Below, piece by piece: positions 10,613-19,402 of a DNA stretch of 64,000 nt. Position 1 is the stretch's first letter, and each line of letters opens with the position of its first letter. The stretch lies in NCBI GenBank assembly GCA_945861565.1, contig CAMAUY010000013.1, positions 5,441 through 69,440 of the forward strand. The letters run 5' to 3'. Origin of the DNA: Akkermansia muciniphila. GTDB taxonomy: Bacteria; Verrucomicrobiota; Verrucomicrobiia; Limisphaerales; UBA9464. The position numbers and the translations under genes are program-made. The notes below the pieces were generated by a model, which searched no databases, was not told where the DNA came from, and was given only the letters and a program-made list of their open reading frames with translations.

Positions 10613-10669
10613 GGGACTTCGGTGAGTTCTGGGTTGGACACTTCGACGCGATGACCTTAGCTTGGATTC

Positions 10670-10939
10670 GTGTTAGTGCTGACATCCTACATCAAGGCCG
10701 CGATGGAGATGGCCATTTACGAAAAGCTCGAGGACGGAACTTACGGTGGCGAGATCCCAGGACTGGAGGGCGTCATCGCCTTCGGCTCGACCTTGCGCCG
10801 CTGCGAATTGGAGCTGCGCTCGACCCTGGAGGACTGGATTCTAGTCGGCTTTCACCTCGGTCACACGCTGCCCGTCTTGGCCGGCATGGATTTGAACAAG
10901 CCTACTCATGGCTACTTGGAATCCCTGCAAACGACGTGA
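10670..10939 (+). CDS. hicB: HicB-family antitoxin
   Basis: The 89-aa ORF (YIKAAMEMAIYEKLEDGTYGGEIPGLEGVIAFGSTLRRCELELRSTLEDWILV) matches the HicB/UPF0150 pattern as I remember it. It starts with GTG and overlaps the next ORF by 32 nt. Confidence 0.65.
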   Translation: MLVLTSYIKAAMEMAIYEKLEDGTYGGEIPGLEGVIAFGSTLRRCELELRSTLEDWILVGFHLGHTLPVLAGMDLNKPTHGYLESLQTT

Positions 10940-11138
10940 GTTTATCCGCAAGCTGCGCCAGCTGGGCTTTGAGGGGCCTTTCGCCGGCAAGGCCCACGAG
11001 TTCATGGTGAATGCCGGACGGCGTCAGACGATTCCGACCAACGCGGAATATTCCGTGCCCCAACTCCGCATGGTACTGCGTCAGATCCAGGTCCGCCTGG
11101 CTCGAAGCATCTCGGCCGAGGAGTGGCTATCGCTCTGA
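10908..11138 (+). CDS. hicA: HicA-family mRNA interferase toxin
   Basis: The 76-aa ORF (KRREFIRKLRQLGFEGPFAGKAHEFMVNAGRRQTIPTN...ISAEEWLSL) matches the YcfA/HicA pattern, including the G-x-H motif and the C-terminal EEW. Confidence 0.65.
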   Translation: MATWNPCKRREFIRKLRQLGFEGPFAGKAHEFMVNAGRRQTIPTNAEYSVPQLRMVLRQIQVRLARSISAEEWLSL

Positions 11139-11146
11139 GGTCTAAC

Positions 11147-12040
11147 TCAGTTAAAGCGAATGAATTGTTTCCAGTTCTCGTGGATGATGCGCTGGATGGC
11201 TTCGTCGGGAAACCTGGGAAACATTGTTCCCTCCACAATCTCATTGACCTTCCAGAGACCGGCGATGGCTTGTTCCGGCGTAGCGGATGGAAAGTCCGAA
11301 CCAAAGATCAACTTGTGTTCAACGCCATACTCCAGGGCGGTAATAAAGGCTTGGTAATGCCGCAGCGGGCGGTAATGCAGAGCGCTGGTGTCAGCGTATA
11401 GGTTCGGGTGCTTGCGAATCAGGACGATGCATTCGGTTTCCCACGGGTGGCCCAGGTGGGAAATGATCATCCGCAAATTCGGGCAGGCAACCGCGATGTC
11501 TTCGAGCAGGATTGGGTTGGAATACTTCAGCGGCCCAGGCCGAACAAAGGAGGTCCCCTGATGCCAATTGATGGGGATGCCGAGTCTCTCTGCCTTCTTG
11601 AAAAGTGGCAGGTGCTTCGGGTCCGCGGGATCAAAGTTTTGATAAATCGGGCCGAGCTTCAAACCCTTCAGTCCAAGATGGGTGACATAATGTTCCAGTT
11701 GTTCCACACACGCCGGATCGTTCGGATCCACGGAACACCACCCCTCAAAGCGTTCAGAATTGGCTCTGGCGAATTCAGCGACCGCTTCCTGCGAGCCGAA
11801 AATCCCGGTAAACGGAGCCTGAATGGCAAAAACGATGACTTTATCGCATTGACGCGTGGCGGCCAGCAGTTGTTCAGGGCGGCAGTCGAAGTTGTGCTTC
11901 CAGCTCTGGTCGTTCACGTCGCAGTGGACGTCGGGCGTCCGCCTCATCTTGGCTTGCTTCGCTGCCCAGGAAGTCGCGACAAATTCCTCGGAATAGTGGT
12001 CCGGATACCACATCAGGTTCGTATGAATATCAACCAGCAT
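11147..12040 (-). CDS. amidohydrolase family (amidohydrolase_2 type) metal-dependent hydrolase
   Basis: The 297-aa ORF starts MLVDIHTNLMW (H-x-H-like metal site) and has later HQG and HLGHPW segments plus a C-terminal FGSDFP. Confidence 0.75.
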   Translation of the reverse strand: MLVDIHTNLMWYPDHYSEEFVATSWAAKQAKMRRTPDVHCDVNDQSWKHNFDCRPEQLLAATRQCDKVIVFAIQAPFTGIFGSQEAVAEFARANSERFEGWCSVDPNDPACVEQLEHYVTHLGLKGLKLGPIYQNFDPADPKHLPLFKKAERLGIPINWHQGTSFVRPGPLKYSNPILLEDIAVACPNLRMIISHLGHPWETECIVLIRKHPNLYADTSALHYRPLRHYQAFITALEYGVEHKLIFGSDFPSATPEQAIAGLWKVNEIVEGTMFPRFPDEAIQRIIHENWKQFIRFN

Positions 12041-12164
12041 CGAGGCCTCTCAGTTCGAAAAAATCAGGATCTTGCAACGGCCGTGCCGGGAAACGACGCC
12101 GCTGATGTAGAAAAAATAGCGTCCATGCCTTCGGGATACTTCCGACGCCTCCTCCTGCCGCTGA

Positions 12165-13616
12165 CTAGGCCAGGATTCCTTTCACGACTTCTCCGTGGAC
12201 GTCGGTCAGTCGGTAGTCACGCCCCTGGAAGCGGAAAGTTAGCTGCTGGTGATTAAACCCAAGGAGATGGAGCAACGTCGCCTGCAAGTCGTGGATGTGG
12301 ACTTTGTCCCGGGCGACACTGAATCCAAGTTCATCCGATTCCCCGTACGAAATGCCACCGCGGATGCCACCTCCCGCCAGCATCATTGAGTAACAGTCGG
12401 GAAAATGGTCCCGCCCGAGCAGCTCTCCTTTTGCGGTACGCCCTTCGCGGAATGGGGTCCGGCCGAACTCACCTCCGAGTACGATCAAGGTCTCGTCCAG
12501 CAAACCGCGCTGGCGCAGATCTTGAATCAAGGCGGTGACCGGACGATCCATCGTCGCACACTTTTTAGTCAGTCCGCCGCGGAGATCTTCGCCGGGGCCG
12601 GTGCCATGAAAATCCCAGCCCCAATCGAACAATTGGACGTACCGTACCCCCTGTTCGATCAAGCGACGTGCCAACAGGCAATTATTCGCAAAGCTGGATT
12701 CCCCGGGCTTTGCGCCGTAGGCTTCGATGGTTTTTGGCGACTCGCGGTTGATATCCATGACCTCGGGCACCGACATTTGCATGCGGTACGCGAGCTCGTA
12801 TTGCGCGATCCGGGTGAGGGTCTCGGGATGGCCCAGTTCGCGTTCCTGGATTTCGTTGAGATCGCGCAACGTATCGAGACTCATGCGTCGGACGTCGCGA
12901 TCCAATCCCGCCGGATCGGAGGCGTAGAGCACGGGATCGCCCTTGGAACGGCACTGAACGCCTTGGAAAACGGAGGGGAGGAAGCCATTGCCGTAGGAGT
13001 TCTTCCCGCCGTTCGGTTGCACTCCGCTGGAGATTAAAACGACGAATCCAGGGAGGTTTGCGTTTTCCGTGCCCAGGCCGTAGGTGACCCAGGAACCCAA
13101 CGATGGTCGGCCGGAGCGCGGCGAGCCTGTGTAGACCAGCAACTCCGCCGGCGCGTGGTTGAATTGATCGGTCGTCATTGAGCGAATCACGCACAATTCA
13201 TCGGCAACCTCATGCAATCGGGGAATCGCATCGGACAACCACACGCCACCCGCGCCGTGTTGCGAGAATTTCCGCGGTGTGCCCAATAGTTTCGGCGTGC
13301 CCGACGTGAAGGCGAACCGTTTGCCTTTGAGAAATGCGTCCGGGCAATCTTCCCCGTTTCGCTTTACCAATTCGGGCTTGTAGTCGAACAGGTCAAGGTG
13401 AGGTGGCGACCCAGTGAGATGAAGATAGATCACCCGCTTTGCTCGGGCCGCAAAGTGCGGCTGACGAGGCGCCAAGGGATCGACCGGTTGGCTGGCAGCT
13501 GCAGCCGAATTCCCCTTAAGCAAGGAGCCGAGGGCAAGCGCGCCGAGGCCCGTGGCGGATTTTCCAAGAAAATGGCGGCGGGTGAACTGTTGCAGGTGTT
13601 CGAGATTTAGATTCAT
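12165..13616 (-). CDS. DUF1501 domain protein (sulfatase-like, Tat signal)
   Basis: The N-terminus has a twin-arginine signal (TRRHFLGKSATGLGALALG). The body is DUF1501-like (GGEFGRTP, GRDH). It lies 16 nt downstream of its usual PSD1-type partner. Confidence 0.85.
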   Translation of the reverse strand: MNLNLEHLQQFTRRHFLGKSATGLGALALGSLLKGNSAAAASQPVDPLAPRQPHFAARAKRVIYLHLTGSPPHLDLFDYKPELVKRNGEDCPDAFLKGKRFAFTSGTPKLLGTPRKFSQHGAGGVWLSDAIPRLHEVADELCVIRSMTTDQFNHAPAELLVYTGSPRSGRPSLGSWVTYGLGTENANLPGFVVLISSGVQPNGGKNSYGNGFLPSVFQGVQCRSKGDPVLYASDPAGLDRDVRRMSLDTLRDLNEIQERELGHPETLTRIAQYELAYRMQMSVPEVMDINRESPKTIEAYGAKPGESSFANNCLLARRLIEQGVRYVQLFDWGWDFHGTGPGEDLRGGLTKKCATMDRPVTALIQDLRQRGLLDETLIVLGGEFGRTPFREGRTAKGELLGRDHFPDCYSMMLAGGGIRGGISYGESDELGFSVARDKVHIHDLQATLLHLLGFNHQQLTFRFQGRDYRLTDVHGEVVKGILA

Positions 13617-13632
13617 GGCGATTCTCCTTCCG

Positions 13633-16600
13633 TCAGCGTTTCATCAACGTTTCGTCCAGGTTTAGCAAGACATTGCCCACCACGGTCCAGGCCGCTAGTT
13701 CCGCAAGATTGGCACCGGGAGGGGCGGCCCCGAGCGGTTGGGTCGCGACGGCTTTGGCGTTTTCTTCGTTCTTCAAAAATCGCTCCAGGCTTCTCGCGTA
13801 GAGTGCCAGGAGTCCCGCCATTTCCGCATCGGTCGGGATCCGGCAGAGACAGAGGCGGAAGCCGAAGCGCGCTTTCTCTTCCGGCGAGAAACCGCCGGAA
13901 TCCATGCGGCGCGCCAGGGCCTGGGATGCCTCCACGTAGACTGGATCATTCAAAGTGACCAGGGCTTGCAATGGGGTGTTCGAACGATCACGGCGGACGG
14001 TGCAAACCTCGCGGTTTGGAGCGTCAAATGTCGCCATCGACGGGTACGGATTCGATCGGCGCCACGTCGTATAGAGAGCCCGACGATACCGATCTCCGCC
14101 GGTGCTGGTTTCCCAATCCGTCCCGCTTCCAAAGGCCGCGGAGAGTCCGAGCTTGGGTTGTGGCGGCTTGACCGGCGGTCCGTGGAACGTTTCGTTCAGC
14201 AGTCCGCTGATAAACATCGCCTGATCGCGGATCATTTCCGCGGAGAGCCGGAAGCGCGGTCCCCGTGCGAGCAGTCGGTTGTCGGAATCCGCCGCTTCGA
14301 GTTCAGGGGTCACCCGGGAGGATTGGCGATACGCCGCGGATGTGACCATCAATTTGAGCATGTGTTTGAGGTCCCATTTGCTGGCAGTCAGTTCTGTCGC
14401 CAACCAATCGAGCAGTTCAGGGTGCGAGGGTAAATCCCCCTGCGCTCCAAACTCTTCGCTCGTCCGAACAATTCCGATGCCAAAGATCGCTTCCCATAGA
14501 CGGTTGACCGCGACGCGCGAGGTCAGGGGGTTGTTTTCGTCAACCAACCATTTTGCCAATGCCAGCCGGTTGGGCGGTGCGTTTTCCTTTCTGGGAAAAA
14601 ATGCCGGCGGCAATCCCTCCGACACGGCCTGCCCGAGGTTTAGATAATTACCGCGGATCTGGACATGCGTTTTGCGGCGTTCGGTCCCGGCCAGTTCGCG
14701 CAATACCGGGACCGTGGTATAGGGTTTGAGCTCGTCGAGTTGCTTCTTGGCGGCCACCAGTTGATCCCGTTCTGACTTTAAGCTCGGTGCGATCGAGCGA
14801 TAATGGCGCGCCAATTCGGCGCGTTGCGCATCGGTTCGGTCGGCCTCCCGCAGAGGAAGAATCGCCAGCACGGAGCTCGGCATCCCCACCAACTCCGGAG
14901 CCCGCGGATCGGAAGTCTTGGTGAGCCGGAAGCGGCTGAGGGTCGCGTACTCGTACTTCGAAAGCTGTTCAAGGGTGACACTCAGGTTCACACCCGCGGT
15001 GAGGTCGATGGGTACTCGCGGGATGAGGGTCAAAGAGTGGGGCTCCCCGAACCGAGGCGCAACCGCCCAACCCAATTTATCCGGGTTACTGTTGGTGAGA
15101 ATGTCCGCCGCATTAAAATCCTTCTGCGTAAAGCTCGCGGACACCGACAAGAAGGGAATCAGTCTGGACCCGTTCAGACTCAGCTCCAAACTGGGATCGG
15201 GTATCTGCGGGAGCTCTTCCTGCCAGACAACTTCGCGGTTTTCGTTGAAGAGCGTCAGGCGGAGACCGCGGATGCGTTCGCCGGAACTGTCCGTCCGATT
15301 CCAAACCTTCAGCCCGCTGACGGGCTGCACCGATCGCAAGTCCAACTCCCACCACGGATCGCCGGTCGTTTCCGTGTGGGTCGTCGATTTGGCCACCTCG
15401 TAATTGCCGTGGGTGTTTCCGTCGATCGCAAGCTTCGCCGCGCCGTTGTAGGCAGTGCTGCTCTGACGAGCTTCACCCTGCAGGGCGATATTTTCCGCGC
15501 CACGGAACACCTGCACTTCGGCCAGTGAAAGGATCCGGTCTTTTCCGGGCAGCTCGAGTCTTAGATATCGTCCTAAAATCGCGGTGTGCTCCGACGGGGC
15601 AACCCGGACCGATACCCGGGAAAGGACAAAGTTACCATTGGCATGGCCGACTCCGCGGAGCGGCGGTTTCTCGTCTGGTAGTGCCTCTAAACGGAGCGCG
15701 GTGAGTTGGTCCGCGACGGTCACAGGCACTTCCACGGTATAAATATCGGTCTTGCCGCCGCGCTCCACTTGCACGGTCCCGTCGGCTTCCTGGCTAACCG
15801 TCGCCCCTGCCTTCGACTTGACGAGCGACGGCTTCAGGGGCTCCCACTTCAATTCGCCCGCCAACGCTTTCTCCCAATCGCCTTGCGCCCGCACCAGCGC
15901 CGGTGTCGAAGTCTGGACTATTTTTTCCAACCGAGCGATGTCCGGCAGCAATGACTTCCGCCTCGCCTTCTGTGCGTCCGTGAACAGGCTAAGCACCGGA
16001 CTTTCATCCGTGCGGTCGGCATCGGCCGTGTTATTCAAAATGGCATAGAGCCGGAAATAATCCTCCTGTGAGATCGGATCGTACTTGTGGTTGTGACATT
16101 GGGCACACGCCATGGTCGTGCCCATCCAAACGGCCATGGTGGTGTTCACCCGATCCACGACGGCGACCGTTCGATATTCTTCGTCGTTCGTTCCACCCTC
16201 ATTGTTGGTCATCGTGTTCCGGTGAAATGCGGTGGCGGCTAGTTGCTCATCGGACGGATCGTCCAGCAGATCGCCGGCGAGCTGCTCAATTGTGAACTGG
16301 TCAAACGGCTTGTTCGCGTTGAGGGACCGGATGACGTAGTCGCGAAACGCCCAGATGGTTCGCGCCGGATCATCGGCGTATCCGCTGGAGTCGGCGTAAC
16401 GGGCCTGGTCGAGCCAAAGGCGAGCCCAATGTTCGCCGTACGCTTCCTTTCTTAAAAGGCGATCGATCGCCTTTTCAAAGGCACCCGACTGAGTGTCCGT
16501 CACAAACGCATCCACCTCATCGAACGTTGGAGGCAGGCCGGTCAAGTCCAAGGCCGCACGCCGGATCAGGGCCGCACGATCGGCTTCGGGTGAGGGCTGA

Positions 16601-17142
16601 AGGTTCTCACGTTCGAGCCGGGCCAGAATAAAATGGTCGATGGCGTTCTGGGGCCAGGTGTGTCCGCGAATTGCGGGCAGAGCGGGGCGGGTCGGCTCGA
16701 TGTGCGACCAGTGTTTGGAATACACCGCTCCCTGTTCGATCCACTTTTTCAACAGGTTAATTTCATTCTCGGTCAGCTTTTTCCCGGAATCCAGTGGTGG
16801 CATTCGCTCGTCCGGATCTTGGTGGGTGATGCGGCGGATCATTTCGCTGGTCTCCGGATGACCCGGGGTGACGGCGCGGTGTCCACCGAGGTCGGAGAGA
16901 GCGGATTCTTGAATATCGAGCCGGAGACCCTTTTTTCCATTCTTCCGGTCTTTGGCATCCGGTCCGTGGCACTTGAAACAATTCTCCGAGAGAACGCGGC
17001 GGATGTCCCGGTTGAAATCCACACGGTCGCCCGCCGGAATGACTGCCCCGCGGACGCTACCCCAAAGAACCAGAGCGGCGCACGCGACGGTTAGGAAGCG
17101 GCGACACGCGGGGTCGAGAGTCATCAGTTGGCCGGTTGACAT
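13633..17142 (-). CDS. PSD1 / DUF1549 / DUF1553 protein with an N-terminal planctomycete-type cytochrome c motif and an internal discoidin (F5/8 type C)-like domain
   Basis: CFKCHGPD haem motif lies near the N-terminus. DUF1549-like and DUF1553-like regions flank a central segment (LSLAEVQVF ... AIDGNTHGNYE ... DPWWELDL) typical of discoidin domains. The ORF-track start at 17178 is a TTG; ATG candidates are at 17142 and 17124. Confidence 0.85.
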   Translation of the reverse strand: MSTGQLMTLDPACRRFLTVACAALVLWGSVRGAVIPAGDRVDFNRDIRRVLSENCFKCHGPDAKDRKNGKKGLRLDIQESALSDLGGHRAVTPGHPETSEMIRRITHQDPDERMPPLDSGKKLTENEINLLKKWIEQGAVYSKHWSHIEPTRPALPAIRGHTWPQNAIDHFILARLERENLQPSPEADRAALIRRAALDLTGLPPTFDEVDAFVTDTQSGAFEKAIDRLLRKEAYGEHWARLWLDQARYADSSGYADDPARTIWAFRDYVIRSLNANKPFDQFTIEQLAGDLLDDPSDEQLAATAFHRNTMTNNEGGTNDEEYRTVAVVDRVNTTMAVWMGTTMACAQCHNHKYDPISQEDYFRLYAILNNTADADRTDESPVLSLFTDAQKARRKSLLPDIARLEKIVQTSTPALVRAQGDWEKALAGELKWEPLKPSLVKSKAGATVSQEADGTVQVERGGKTDIYTVEVPVTVADQLTALRLEALPDEKPPLRGVGHANGNFVLSRVSVRVAPSEHTAILGRYLRLELPGKDRILSLAEVQVFRGAENIALQGEARQSSTAYNGAAKLAIDGNTHGNYEVAKSTTHTETTGDPWWELDLRSVQPVSGLKVWNRTDSSGERIRGLRLTLFNENREVVWQEELPQIPDPSLELSLNGSRLIPFLSVSASFTQKDFNAADILTNSNPDKLGWAVAPRFGEPHSLTLIPRVPIDLTAGVNLSVTLEQLSKYEYATLSRFRLTKTSDPRAPELVGMPSSVLAILPLREADRTDAQRAELARHYRSIAPSLKSERDQLVAAKKQLDELKPYTTVPVLRELAGTERRKTHVQIRGNYLNLGQAVSEGLPPAFFPRKENAPPNRLALAKWLVDENNPLTSRVAVNRLWEAIFGIGIVRTSEEFGAQGDLPSHPELLDWLATELTASKWDLKHMLKLMVTSAAYRQSSRVTPELEAADSDNRLLARGPRFRLSAEMIRDQAMFISGLLNETFHGPPVKPPQPKLGLSAAFGSGTDWETSTGGDRYRRALYTTWRRSNPYPSMATFDAPNREVCTVRRDRSNTPLQALVTLNDPVYVEASQALARRMDSGGFSPEEKARFGFRLCLCRIPTDAEMAGLLALYARSLERFLKNEENAKAVATQPLGAAPPGANLAELAAWTVVGNVLLNLDETLMKR

Positions 17143-17537
17143 GACCTCAACTTTAGGGCGAATCCTCAACGGTGACAAGCAGTCTGCTCGGCCCGCTTGA
17201 GTCCATGCCGTGATGGAACACGCGTAGTAGCCAACGTAGCCCGATGGACCCTTCGCATGGATGGGACCATCCCTTGCCGGGGTCTATCGGCTGCCGTCGC
17301 ATTCGCTCCCGAGCCGGCAGTAGGGCGTGAATGTCACGGTCTGTCGAATCGCATCTGACGCCGACTACGCGTGTTACGTCCTGAAAGGTAGTTCCTTGAC
17401 CGATGCTGCGGTGGACATCGAGACCCTTATCAAAGGAGCCTCGGCGATCTTCGAACGCGATGCTCGTGTTTCGTTTCCGATCACTACAGCTTGGTTGCTC
17501 GCGCGGGCTGACGGATTTGGATTGCCGGAGAGCCTGG

Positions 17538-18290
17538 ATGGAGAGAATTATGGGAGCTATGGATAGGAAGATGACAGCTAACACACGACCGCGCGGAGAA
17601 GCCTTCGGATTTACTCTGATAGAACTCCTCGTGGTGATCGCGATCATCGCGATCCTTGCTGGCATGCTGTTGCCCGCGCTTTCCCGAGCGAAGATGAAAG
17701 CGAACATGATCAAGTGTACCAGCAATGAGAAACAGATCGCCTTGGGCTACATGCTGTACGCCGGGGATCAGTCCGATTACCTTCCGGTCGCGGGAACGGA
17801 AGCCCCGCCCGGCTCGGGATGGGTCGCTCCCAGTCGGTGGTTTCTCGAGATATCGCCTTACATTTCTACCGGGAGCACGAACTTCACAAACTTGGTCGCC
17901 ACGAGCAAGGTCGTGGCCTGCCCGTCGGCGAAGTTGGGGACCAACGTCATCCCATCGTCCGTGCCTGGATATAAAGGTTATGGAGGATATGGCCATAATT
18001 ACGCGTATCTGGGTTATACCCAGTTCGATCACGTGAAATCGACCATCATAACCAGACCCTCGGATACCTGCATGAATAGCGATGGCTTGGATCCAACCAA
18101 AGGACTGGAGTGGTGGAACTACGGTTACTTGTATCCGCCCAGTGGCAAAAACCCACTTTTTCGCTATGTCCGCCATGGCACGGGTGGAAATTATGCCTGG
18201 GCGGATGGGCATGTATCGATGACTCGTTGGAGCATCATGTCCAAAGGGGCAAACGGAAAAGTCGACTGGTACTACCTGCCGTCCCCTTGA
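17538..18290 (+). CDS. prepilin-type N-terminal cleavage/methylation domain protein, H-X9-DG (DUF1559-like) family
   Basis: It has [29 protein letters not shown] and a C-terminal HGTGGNYAWADGH (H-X9-DG). The start is uncertain (17538, 17550, 17559 or 17571). Confidence 0.8.
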   Translation: MERIMGAMDRKMTANTRPRGEAFGFTLIELLVVIAIIAILAGMLLPALSRAKMKANMIKCTSNEKQIALGYMLYAGDQSDYLPVAGTEAPPGSGWVAPSRWFLEISPYISTGSTNFTNLVATSKVVACPSAKLGTNVIPSSVPGYKGYGGYGHNYAYLGYTQFDHVKSTIITRPSDTCMNSDGLDPTKGLEWWNYGYLYPPSGKNPLFRYVRHGTGGNYAWADGHVSMTRWSIMSKGANGKVDWYYLPSP

Positions 18291-18312
18291 CCGCTACGAA
18301 CCGCGGAGAAAG

Positions 18313-18342
18313 AAAAAACCGAGGGCAACCTGCGTTGCCCCC
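18313..18342 (-). terminator. putative intrinsic terminator after the minus-strand pseudopilin-like gene
   Basis: Read on the minus strand, the sequence is GGGCAAC-GCAG-GTTGCCC followed by TCGGTTTTTT. Confidence 0.5.
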
Positions 18343-18427
18343 AGATTGAGTAAACGGGCACCCCTGAGTTGCCGGCGAGCCGCGTCTCAAGGGTCGCCCG
18401 CCCGGAACCAAACCAAGCGACCCTCGG

Positions 18428-19342
18428 TTAGTAGCCCCACAAACCGAGGCCAGACCCCGCACTGACATAACCCGTGCGTTGACGATACCACTGGAAGTCA
18501 TTTTTCCCGGCCGTGTCAAAATTCCTGATCTGGGGATATTTATAAGCCACGGGATATTTCGATGTGCCACTCAGCCAGCGCTTGATCTCCGAATGTCCAT
18601 CGGCAAACGAAAAACCGCAGGCCCCATTATGATACGAAGCGACAAGATCCTGCCACCCAACCGTCGAATCGTTGTTAATAAAAAACCCGTCGTTGATGGA
18701 GTCCGGATGCTCATCGAGGATGAGCCAGGTTCCGGAGGGTTTCGGCACGTCGCTCTGTTTCAAAAACTGCCTCTTGTCCTGAAACCCCCAATTGACCCCA
18801 CGGGCAGTGGGGTCGGAAGGGTCCGATGTATCAAACCGTCCAAAAAATGAATTCATCGAGAGACTACGATTTCGGCGCGGATAGCCCGCCGTGCGCTGGG
18901 CGACGCTGACGAAGTTATCGGCGGGACACTTATAAACGCTGACCGTGCCTCCGGTATACTTACCGAGAACGCCATTGATAACCCAGGCGTTATTGGTGAC
19001 GCTCGCCTCCGCGGTCAAGCCACCGCCCGCTCCCCAGGTCATGACATTATTGACCCAGTTGTCGAACTTACCATTGCTAATGGTTTTGACCGTCTCGTTG
19101 ACTCCGAAGTTGTTGGCCACCCGGTCTTGGAAGTCACCGGAATAGAGAACCCAGCCCAGGGTGATTTGTTTGGTATTGCTCATGCACAGAATCCCCTGCG
19201 CCTTGGACTTCGCCTTCGAGAGCGCCGGAAGCAGCATACCCGCCAGGATGGCAATGATCGCGATGACCACCAAGAGTTCAATGAGGGTGAAGCCCCCCGG
19301 CGATGCTGGGGGATGGACCCTTCGTTTCACAAAAAGCTTCAT
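18428..19342 (-). CDS. prepilin-type N-terminal cleavage/methylation domain protein, H-X9-DG (DUF1559-like) family
   Basis: It has the leader [45 protein letters not shown] and a C-terminal [13 protein letters not shown]. The ATG at 19342 gives a typical short basic leader; the ORF-track start is 19399. Confidence 0.8.
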   Translation of the reverse strand: MKLFVKRRVHPPASPGGFTLIELLVVIAIIAILAGMLLPALSKAKSKAQGILCMSNTKQITLGWVLYSGDFQDRVANNFGVNETVKTISNGKFDNWVNNVMTWGAGGGLTAEASVTNNAWVINGVLGKYTGGTVSVYKCPADNFVSVAQRTAGYPRRNRSLSMNSFFGRFDTSDPSDPTARGVNWGFQDKRQFLKQSDVPKPSGTWLILDEHPDSINDGFFINNDSTVGWQDLVASYHNGACGFSFADGHSEIKRWLSGTSKYPVAYKYPQIRNFDTAGKNDFQWYRQRTGYVSAGSGLGLWGY

Positions 19343-19402
19343 TGATTCACTCCCCGATGTTTTCGCAGTCAATGCACGTTTAAATCGATCGATCACCACC
19401 GA

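Noticed and set aside
10474-11010. A 178-aa plus-strand ORF spanning the formamidase end and the hicBA locus
   Set aside because: The translation is Arg/Gly/Leu-rich and low-complexity. It overlaps three better-supported genes in other frames.
14330-15280. CCGCGGAT words inside the PSD1 gene as further copies of the intergenic repeat
   Set aside because: Only the 8-mer matches. There is no decamer phasing and no extended similarity. The word contains a common GC-rich hexamer and is expected by chance in coding DNA.
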